Shown: piece after piece, positions 17,973 to 24,883 of the stretch
How positions within the stretch are numbered: position 1 is the first letter of the stretch
How the letters are laid out: the number at the start of each line of letters is the position of its first letter
Source of the DNA: Hormoscilla sp.
GTDB lineage: Bacteria; Cyanobacteriota; Cyanobacteriia; Cyanobacteriales; Desertifilaceae
DNA: 24,883 nucleotides
Assembly: GCA_051439505.1 (NCBI GenBank)
Contig: JBFRWI010000143.1
Span: forward strand, 1 to 24,883
Reading direction: 5' to 3'
Made by a program: the position numbers and the translations under genes
Notes under the pieces: model-generated
The model's database searches: none
Seen by the model: the letters and a program-made list of their open reading frames with translations, nothing else
Told to the model about the DNA's origin: nothing

Positions 17973-18668
17973 ATGAACATCGCCGACCATTCCCATCCCC
18001 CCTCGATTTTACTGATCGAAACTGATGCGATTCTGGCAGAGAAAATAAGTCGGGATTTAAGAGAATCGGGTTACAATCCAGTGGTGGGCTCGGATGCGAT
18101 CGCTCTAATGAAACTGACTCGAAAATACCAGCCAGATCTGATTGTCATCGATCGGATGCTGGCTGGAGATTCGGGGTTAGCCCTCTGTAGGCAGTTGCGT
18201 CAGGAAGGAGATGTGACGCCAGTGCTGATTTTGATGGCTCGCGAGCGGCTGGACGATCGGGTAGCATGTCTGGAAGCAGGTGCTGATGACTATTTCCTCA
18301 AGCCCTATCGAAGTTCGGAATTTTTAAGGCTGCTGCGCCTTTACTTACAGCAGGATAAGAGTGATACCGAACAGTTACGCTTTAGGGATCTGGTCCTAGA
18401 CTTGACTACCCGCAAAGCCATCCGCGCCGGACGGGAAATCGATCTGACCATGAAGGAATTTGAATTGCTCAAATGCTTGATGTCCCCCCCCCGGGAGGTG
18501 TTAACCCGGGAACAGATTTTGGAAAAGGTCTGGGGTTACGATTTTTTGGGAGAATCAAATGTGATTGAAGTCTATATTCGCTATTTGCGCCTCAAAATCG
18601 AAGACCAGGGGGATCGGCGCTTGATTCAAACTGTCCGGGGAGTTGGATATGTTTTGCGCGAACCATGA
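17973..18668 (+). CDS. nblR: OmpR family response regulator NblR
   Basis: Atypical receiver (LLIETD, VIDRML, ILMAR, DRVACLEAGADDY.LKPY) plus winged helix (DLTMKEFELL, ESNVIEVYIRYLRLKIE); position after nadK. Confidence 0.85.
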   Translation: MNIADHSHPPSILLIETDAILAEKISRDLRESGYNPVVGSDAIALMKLTRKYQPDLIVIDRMLAGDSGLALCRQLRQEGDVTPVLILMARERLDDRVACLEAGADDYFLKPYRSSEFLRLLRLYLQQDKSDTEQLRFRDLVLDLTTRKAIRAGREIDLTMKEFELLKCLMSPPREVLTREQILEKVWGYDFLGESNVIEVYIRYLRLKIEDQGDRRLIQTVRGVGYVLREP

Positions 18669-19118
18669 TTTGTTGAACATTGTGGTTCGACAGAAAATTA
18701 ACAAATTCCTTTCTTCCCCTCCCCCTTTTCCCCCTCTTTCCTTTACTCGAATATGTTCTGGGGGCGATCGGACTGCTGTGGCCCCAGATGATTGGTCAGG
18801 ATTTTGCTATAGGAGTATCACCCCTCACCCGCTCAAAATCAGATTTTCACTGAGTAACTACCGGCGATCGCTAATTGGTAAACCGGTGATCGGGTTGTAC
18901 TATACCGGTGGACTTTGGGGGAGCGTGGGTTAACACGGGCGCAAAACCAGCTTTTTAGGAAAATTTGACCGATTTACTAGACAGTCTTGTCGTTAAATTG
19001 TTATAATTGCCGATCTGCCCCGTCGCCAAACTCGGGGATCGGACCACACCCCCGGTAGAACTGTTTTTTCTCCGACTGTGACTGGCCCAATCAATTTTCG
19101 CCCGCACGTAACAAATCT

Positions 19119-19146
19119 GTTAAGATTAGTTACAATAATTAACATC
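19119..19146 (+). promoter_or_regulatory. HLR1-like (RpaB-type) direct repeat
   Basis: GTTAAGAT-TA-GTTACAAT-AA-TTAACATC resembles (G/T)TTACA(T/A)(T/A)-N2 repeats. Confidence 0.45.
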
Positions 19147-19719
19147 CCGGCTCGAAAACAGGGGCTAGCTACCCCCAGAGCATATGGCAACATAAACCTC
19201 GTTTTGAACTGACAGCAGGAAAAATTGGATAGACGCTCTCCGAGAATAAGTGTGGTGATTTATACAAAAATCAAGTGAAAACACTTAATAAGCGGAATCA
19301 AGTGAAAAGGGATTGATTAAGCAGTAATGCATGGTTAACTTCGGGCTAGAAACTTGTGGATATCCACAGCGATCCCACGGAACGCGCGATTCTTTGAGAT
19401 CGACTACAGAGTAGACAGAGTAAGGGTTGTAGTATTTGTTATGGCCTTATTTATCGGGCGCATCAGGCGGAAAAAAATTTTTTGGGGAGGTTCCGAATTA
19501 GGTCAGAGTTTATTGTAGTAAAGATAAGTCACCAGCGGGGATCGACGAAGAGATGTGATCGAGATCGCGAATTATCTTACAAGAGATCACTTCAACCCCA
19601 TAGATAACTGGCTTACTATTGTAACATAGGCGGACAGATCCAAAACTGCCTACTCCCGGACAGAAATTAAGGTGGATTCTTTAGAAAATAGTTTTGAATA
19701 CCAGAGGCGAAAAAAAATC

Positions 19720-19911
19720 ATGGCACCAGCAAGCTACTCTCGATTAATTGGGTTTTTACAAGAAGAATTGGCAATACCGTTTTCCTCGATCTCCGTAGCC
19801 ATGAAGCGTTGCGAGCAAGATCCCGGTCCCTTACCGATGGTTCTGTGGCAATATGGTTTGGTGACGCTAGAACAGTTAGATCGAATCTTTGACTGGCTGG
19901 AAACTGCCTGA
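19720..19911 (+). CDS. DUF2949 family protein
   Basis: From ATG 19720: LIGFLQEELAIP...GPLPMVLWQYGLVTLEQLDRIFDWLE. Confidence 0.88.
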   Translation: MAPASYSRLIGFLQEELAIPFSSISVAMKRCEQDPGPLPMVLWQYGLVTLEQLDRIFDWLETA

Positions 19912-20005
19912 AACCTGACCCATACGCTATAGGAGCATATGATATGTTGATGCAGGAGCATCCCCCTAGCCTGAGGGAGGGTATAGCATTCACCAGAAAG
20001 ATAAT

Positions 20006-20035
20006 AAAAAAGCGGGTGACCTTCACCCGCTTTTT
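20006..20035. terminator. Bidirectional intrinsic terminator
   Basis: AAAAAAGCGGGTGA-CCT-TCACCCGCTTTTT between convergent genes. Confidence 0.8.
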
Positions 20036-20112
20036 CAGTTTTCAGTTTAAACTCATCCTCCACTCATGCTCTCAGCAAGTGGACAAAAATATGTACAGAT
20101 TCGGCAGCGGCA

Positions 20113-20135
20113 GTAGGTGGGCGGTGCCCACCTAC
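20113..20135. repeat. GTAG-type REP palindrome GTAGGTGGGC-GGT-GCCCACCTAC
   Basis: Perfect 10-bp arms with GTAG/CTAC ends. Confidence 0.8.
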
Positions 20136-20160
20136 GCCTCTACTGGTGGAAGATCCCAGT

Positions 20161-21315
20161 TTAGGATTGGTTAAAGACTTTAGCAGCAGCCGTCACCCCC
20201 GCACCAGGAGTAAAGCTTTCATATCCCAGTTCTTGCAGGGTTGCTTCTAAAGCACCTATGCAGGTGAGTACGTCCCGATCGCTGACAAAACCCAAATGAC
20301 CGATGCGGAAGATCTTGCCCTTGAGGTGTTCTTGTCCGCCGGCTAAAGCAATATCAAACCGCTTCTTCATCACGGTCCGAATTTGTTCTGCTTCCACCTG
20401 GGTAGGTGCTACTGCTGTCGCCGCATTACTAGCAACATCGTCAGCAGCCAACAGCTCTAACCCCAAGGCTTTCACCCCAGCGCGAGTCGCATTGGTCAGG
20501 CGCAAATGGCGGGCGAAAATATTTTCCAACCCTTCATCCTTCAGCATCTTCAGGGCCACTTGCAGGCCGAAATACAAATTCACTGGTGGTGTAAAGGGGG
20601 TGCTATTCTTGGCCGCAGTCTTACGGTATGGACCCAAATCAAAATAGAAGCGGGGCAGTTTCGCCGTCTCATAAGCCTTCCAAGCTTTGGGACTGACCGT
20701 GACAAAGCTCAAACCTGGGGGTATCATGTAACCCTTTTGGGAACCCGAACCCACGACATCCAAACCCCACTCATCCACTGGCACGTTCGTAGCCCCTAAA
20801 CTGGTAACGGCATCTACTATAATTAAGGCTTCACCGTGGGCTTTGACATGGCGATTGATAGTTTCCAAGTCATTGAGGACAGTTGTCGAAGTCTCAGAAT
20901 GGGTCAGGATTACAGCTTTGATTTCCTTTTCCTTATCCGCTTCTAGTTTCTCCCGGAATTTCTCTGGATCCAGGGGTTGGCCCCATTCCGCTGTGATGAT
21001 TTCCACATTCAGGTTGTATGCTTGGGCTATTTCTGCCCAGCGTTGGCCAAATTTACCGTTGCTTCCTGCCAGCACCCGATCGCCCGGACTGAGGAAGTTA
21101 ATTATCCCCGCTTCCATGGCCCCGGAGCCACTAGCTGTTAAAGTCAGCACGTCATTGCTGGTTTGGTGCAGCCATTTGAGACTTTCATTACATTCGCCGA
21201 TAATCTTGCTAAAATCACCGCTGCGGTGACCGATCGGGTGCTTGGCGATCGCCAGTAGCACCTGTTCCGGCACCGGTGTCGGTCCGGGAATCATCAGCAT
21301 CAGCTTGTCGTCCAT
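20161..21315 (-). CDS. Class V PLP-dependent aminotransferase (alanine/serine-glyoxylate family; 'soluble hydrogenase 42 kDa subunit' type)
   Basis: LMIPGPTPVP, HSETST, IVDAVTSLG, SGSQKGYMIPPGL (PLP Lys), TPFTPPV, IFRIGHLG. Confidence 0.93.
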   Translation of the reverse strand: MDDKLMLMIPGPTPVPEQVLLAIAKHPIGHRSGDFSKIIGECNESLKWLHQTSNDVLTLTASGSGAMEAGIINFLSPGDRVLAGSNGKFGQRWAEIAQAYNLNVEIITAEWGQPLDPEKFREKLEADKEKEIKAVILTHSETSTTVLNDLETINRHVKAHGEALIIVDAVTSLGATNVPVDEWGLDVVGSGSQKGYMIPPGLSFVTVSPKAWKAYETAKLPRFYFDLGPYRKTAAKNSTPFTPPVNLYFGLQVALKMLKDEGLENIFARHLRLTNATRAGVKALGLELLAADDVASNAATAVAPTQVEAEQIRTVMKKRFDIALAGGQEHLKGKIFRIGHLGFVSDRDVLTCIGALEATLQELGYESFTPGAGVTAAAKVFNQS

Positions 21316-21697
21316 CAGATTTCCTCCTCGGGAATAACGAGTTTGCTATTCTACCACAACATCATATGGGATAATGCTATCTTAGTGGATGAGGGGATAC
21401 CGAATATACCCGCCTTGGGTGAGGACCGATTTAAAAAACCCTATTTAGTATTCAAGGAGTGTTCGGCAATGGCTGGAGAGCGATTTTCAAACCCTCAGTC
21501 AAGTTAAAGACCGCTTCGATCGAGCGCATTAATCTAGTTAAGCTGTTTCCTCAGATAGATATAGTTTAAGCAAGCGACCACCTGAAAATCACCCTGATGT
21601 CAAATTTGCCAATATTTTAGGAATGCTCAGCAACCCGATTAAAATATTAAATATTTTTTCATCATTGTGATTGATTGTTAATATATAAACAAGCAAG

Positions 21698-21910
21698 ATG
21701 AAGGAGGCGATCGCCATGTCTGTTTTGACAGTGAAAAATTGGCTGCTATCATCCCCTCAATGTGCAACGCCAAAAATAGAATATCCGACTGTTGAGGATA
21801 AACCGATATCTGCTTATGAAGCAGCTAAAGAGTGGGTGGGATCGGTCGATAGTGGCATTGGCGATCTGTCTTATAACAAAAAGTATCTTCAGGGATATTC
21901 AGCACAATGA
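21698..21910 (+). CDS. Putative antitoxin (VapB-like), possibly N-terminally altered
   Basis: C-terminus SAYEAAKEWVGSVDSGIGDLSYNKKYLQGY resembles antitoxins that precede PIN toxins. ATGA overlap with the PIN remnant. Confidence 0.6.
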   Translation: MKEAIAMSVLTVKNWLLSSPQCATPKIEYPTVEDKPISAYEAAKEWVGSVDSGIGDLSYNKKYLQGYSAQ

Positions 21911-22053
21911 AATCAAGAGTGATTTTAGATGTTCGCTGTCGGGGGATACAGTCGATCGCGGGCAGTACTGTGTTAACATTAGATAGGGAATTTCTCATTT
22001 CCCGAAAAAATCGGACAGAGGCTACGATTGTGATTATGCCATCGGAGTTATAA
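21907..22053 (+). pseudogene. PIN-domain (VapC-like) toxin remnant with large internal deletion
   Basis: Manual translation MKSRVILDVRCRGIQSIAGSTVLTLDREFLISRKNRTEATIVIMPSEL. A PIN first strand (VILD) is joined to a PIN C-terminus (VLTLDxxFxIxRKN...VIMP), with the middle missing. Confidence 0.72.
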
Positions 22054-22092
22054 CTAAGATATTGCATCTGTCGCTTTCTAGATAATGCTTTC

Positions 22093-22142
22093 AGTCGGTT
22101 TTAACCGACTTTAGCTATGAGCCGGGGGTTTGAACCCCCGGC
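22093..22142. repeat. Double-hairpin intergenic element
   Basis: AGTCGGTT-TT-AACCGACT (22093-22110) and GCCGGGGGTT-TG-AACCCCCGGC (22121-22142). Confidence 0.7.
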
Positions 22143-22262
22143 GGGCCATGAGACTGTTAATTAATCTGCGGGGAGAAGAAAAGGATCTTCAGGAATATAT
22201 TGATTTTGTGGAAATTTATAATTATGCTTTCAAGCAATTTTGTGCCAGAGGAGTAAAGATAT

Positions 22263-22729
22263 ATGAAATATTTTCGTTCATCTGTGGATGGGATGACTGA
22301 CTATAAACCGGGCGATCGCCCCAAACCAGGGGATCTCCATCATCAAACTCAACAGTAACGAAAACCCCGGGCCTCCTTCTCCTCTGGCCATGGAAGTTCT
22401 CAGAAACTGCGATAGTGAATTGCTACGGCGGTATCCTGATACTTTGCCCAGGAGTTTTGTTAGGCGGTAAGTGAGCTTTTGGAGGTACCGCAGGACTGGA
22501 TTATTGTAGGTAATGGCGCTGATGAACTGCTGAATCTGTTGATTAGGTCATGCGCTGAAGGGACCGATCGCACGGTAGTTTACCCCACAGCTATCTTTAC
22601 TACCGCAGGTTAGCAGCTAAACAACCTGCCCAAGTAATAGAGGTGCCCTATCCTGATAATTTTCACTTGCCCATTGAGGCGATCGTTCGGGCCCGAGGAT
22701 CGCTAACTTTAATCGCGTCCCCTAACTGA
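22263..22729 (+). pseudogene. hisC: Histidinol-phosphate aminotransferase pseudogene (frameshifts, C-terminal half lost)
   Basis: Not in the ORF track. Across frames: MKYFRSSVDGMTDYKPG / IIKLNSNENPGPPSP...LRRYPD / VPQDWIIVGNGADELLNLLIR...VVYPT / VIEVPYPDNFHLP...LIASPN-stop. Confidence 0.88.
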
Positions 22730-22895
22730 CGCATGACCGTACCGTTCGACTGGGTGCGATCGTGCAGACCGTTGTATTGGTGGAGAACGCTTAAGGGGGA
22801 GAGGAACACCGAGCGGTTGCCAACTGGTGCCTTGCCACACCCGTTTCCCCCAACCGGCGCAAGACCACTCTCACCAGAAGAACCACTGACGCTAT

Positions 22896-23157
22896 GAGAG
22901 AAGATCCTTTTCCGCTATGAGAGAAGAAATTTTTCTCGGCGAGAGAAGATCCTTTGATCGGCGAGGGAAGATCCTTTGATCGGCGAGGGAAGATCCTTTG
23001 ATCGGCGAGGGAAGATCCTTTGATCGGCGAGGGAAGATCCTTTGATCGGCGAGAGAAGATCCTTTGATCGCCGAGAGAAGATCCTTTGATCGCCGAGAGA
23101 AGATCCTTTGATCGCCGAGAGAAGATCCTTTTCCGCTATGAGAGAAGATCCTTTTCC
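22896..23157. repeat. 22-bp tandem repeat array, about 12 copies of GAG(A/G)GAAGATCCTTTGATCG(G/C)C
   Basis: Units at 22896, 22919, 22941, 22963, 22985, 23007, 23029, 23051, 23073, 23095, 23117 and 23140; no spacers. Confidence 0.95.
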
Positions 23158-23195
23158 CTTCATGGCCATTTTGGTGATACCCCAGGGGGGGGCGT

Positions 23196-23403
23196 AAGTA
23201 GTTCGTAGGTTAGGGAACTAAGCGCGTAAATAATCCTCCAAAATTATCCAGTCGCCTGGATGCACCGGTTGATACAGCCATGGAAATTGGGGAATTTATT
23301 TTTTGCAACTCCCTTAATAGGGGGAAATTGGCTGAAAACTTATAGACAAGTGTTGACTTTTGTCCATCCCACTCACCCACTTTCTCCGAACTACGAACTA
23401 CTT
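23196..23403. mobile_element. 208-bp MITE-like element with 13-bp perfect terminal inverted repeats
   Basis: AAGTAGTTCGTAG (23196-23208) / CTACGAACTACTT (23391-23403), non-coding interior; target duplication unclear. Confidence 0.55.
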
Positions 23404-23688
23404 GTATGTGGCGCTGTCACGGTTATTAACCAATGATTGCTACACATCATGCTCCCGAAAGTCTCGCCAGCTCGTTGCTATCAAAGACTTTCCCCATGCC
23501 AGAATAAAGTGATGTGAATTTATAAATTGCTTATATGGCCATTTTTGTACAACTCCACAGGGGAGGTATATGAGACCGTAAAAATAGGCTGTTTTCCCAA
23601 AAGGGCCTTTTTTGTTCTCTCTGATAGGAAGGGCCCCAATACCTCCAGCTTTGGCGCAACTAAGTACGGAGGTTCTGGTTCAGGAATA

Positions 23689-23758
23689 GGATCGTCTGAC
23701 TGCCGCAGTCGGATCGTCTGACTGCCGCAGTCGGATCGTCTGACCGCCGCAGTCGGAT
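23689..23758. repeat. 22-bp tandem repeat x3 (GGATCGTCTGACTGCCGCAGTC)
   Basis: Units at 23689, 23711 and 23733 (one substitution), with internal palindrome GACTGC-C-GCAGTC. Confidence 0.92.
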
Positions 23759-23861
23759 TACATTACCCCCATTGCATGAATTAAATTAGAATTTTTCTAG
23801 GTGGGCCCGCTGTGCTATACTATACGGGAGGTAGAGCCTCCCAAGGTGCGTTCCCAGCCAA

Positions 23862-24440
23862 TCATGATTCTGGCGTGAGGATGAGGCCGCGATAGACTTG
23901 CTCGACGGGGAAACTCAGGTTAATACTTTTGAGTTCTATGATGTCACCTTCTTTGTAATTAACGATCGTCCATTCACCGGCATCATTTTTGTGATATAAA
24001 TCCATTTCAATACGGGTTGCGCTCACTAACAAATAGTCCTGCAAAACAGGGTTTTGGCTATACAGTCTAAATTTGCCGCCCCTGTCATAGGCTTCAGTGC
24101 TATCTGACAAAACCTCAACAATTAAACATGGATAGGTAAAATAGTTGGGGGTGCTTTTATCACGATCGTCGCAGGTTACACTAGCATCTGGATAGATATA
24201 GTTATTGGTTTCCACAATATTAACCTTGATGTCAGAGTTGCCAGTCATACAACCGCTACCCTCTAAATGAGCGTCGAACATGGCGGTAAATCGGATGGCA
24301 ATGCGACCATGATTAACGCTTCCGCCGCTCATGGCATATACTTGTCCATCTATATATTCATGTTTTTCCAGTTGTTTTTCTTCCCAAACGAAATACTCTT
24401 CCGGGGTTAACTTTTTGTAAATCTCTTTTGCTGCGATCAT
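23862..24440 (-). CDS. Uma2 family endonuclease-like protein; start at ATG 24440 rather than 24611
   Basis: MIAAKE...LTPEEYFVWEE..KHEYIDGQVYAMSGGS.NH, YPDASVTCD.RD, PCLIVEVLS.STEAYDRG.KF..Y. The upstream extension runs through repeats. Confidence 0.92.
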   Translation of the reverse strand: MIAAKEIYKKLTPEEYFVWEEKQLEKHEYIDGQVYAMSGGSVNHGRIAIRFTAMFDAHLEGSGCMTGNSDIKVNIVETNNYIYPDASVTCDDRDKSTPNYFTYPCLIVEVLSDSTEAYDRGGKFRLYSQNPVLQDYLLVSATRIEMDLYHKNDAGEWTIVNYKEGDIIELKSINLSFPVEQVYRGLILTPES

Positions 24441-24536
24441 AATGGGACTTATTTGTTGACGATGTTGTTGTTTTTCAGTTCTCGGCTTTATGCTTATGAG
24501 GCTCGGTGCCTGGGCGCATCTCACAAGGCGCAATTC

Positions 24537-24621
24537 GTAGGTTGGGTTGACGTTAGGAAACCCAACAAGCGCAACTCCAACAGCATCTATTTGTTGGGTT
24601 TCGTGCCTCAACCCAACCTAC
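24537..24621. repeat. REPIN-like inverted doublet GTAGGTTGGGTTGA...GAAACCCAACA / TGTTGGGTTTC...TCAACCCAACCTAC
   Basis: Perfect 14-bp terminal inverted repeat with GTAG/CTAC ends, plus an inner inverted repeat. Confidence 0.85.
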
Positions 24622-24755
24622 AACATTGATATTTTTGCAAATATGCAGTGTACCCCGGTGCCTCCTGAGAATAGGTGCTACCGTTAATTATATCATAAGA
24701 CTTCCCGTTGACAGGGAGAACCCGCCAATGGTGGCCAATGGTGGGCGGTGCCCAC

Positions 24756-24865
24756 CGGGTGTGGTCAAAAGTAGTTGCAGGCGGATCCCCCCCAAACCCC
24801 CCCTTGCAGAAGGGGGGGCTTCTGGAAGCCCCCCTTTTTAAGGGGGGTTTGGGGGGATCCGGCGA
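24756..24865. repeat. Second copy of the CGGGTGTGGTCA...GGATCCCCCCCAAACCCCCC...GGGGGGTTTGGGGGGATCCGGCGA element
   Basis: Similar to 13284-13393; abuts a REP palindrome at 24740-24756. Confidence 0.8.
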
Positions 24866-24883
24866 CTGGGAGGGTCACCCGAA

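Noticed and set aside
21374..21532. Possible gene remnant (...SVRQWLESDFQTLSQVKDRFDR)
   Set aside because: Stop-interrupted, and I cannot assign a family without a search.
22754..22890. Group II intron 5' end (GTGCG)
   Set aside because: GTGCG is part of a HIP1-like GTGCGATCG. No domain V/VI or reverse transcriptase ORF is recognisable.
22896..23157. CRISPR array
   Set aside because: Repeats are head-to-tail with no unique spacers, and no cas genes are in the window.
22915..23169. 84-aa repetitive minus-strand ORF
   Set aside because: It is the translation of a 22-bp (non-triplet) repeat cycling through frames, with no coding evidence.
24441..24611. N-terminal extension of the second Uma2 ORF
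   Set aside because: It runs through a REPIN element; the family-like sequence begins at MIAAKE (24440).

Overview
Chromosomal window from a cyanobacterium, probably a filamentous Oscillatoriales-type. Evidence: abundant HIP1 GCGATCGC octamers, petM, ycf39, nblR, COP23 and Uma2 genes, and heptamer STRRs. Core genes are rpsD (partial), yidD, ddpX, tspO, the pdxA-petM-ycf39-nadK-nblR block, DUF2949 and a class V aminotransferase. Accessory genes include a hypothetical protein/retropepsin-like protease pair, two Uma2 nucleases and an Rpn/DUF4351 nuclease. A co-oriented envelope module encodes a membrane Ser/Thr kinase with a PPC domain, a COP23 lipoprotein and a tandem trypsin-like protease with about 13 TPRs. 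Four decayed genes are visible: hlyD-like, smtB/ziaR-like, vapC-like and hisC. Non-coding repeats are very dense: GTAG-type REP/REPIN hairpins, a ~255-bp mosaic tandem array, tandem TA-flanked 99-bp MITEs, a 208-bp TIR element, elements sharing GGGTGCATCTCA-like ends around different cargo, and two unrelated 22-bp tandem arrays. No rRNA, tRNA, CRISPR array or clear autonomous IS was seen. All family assignments come from motif recognition by eye, not database searches.
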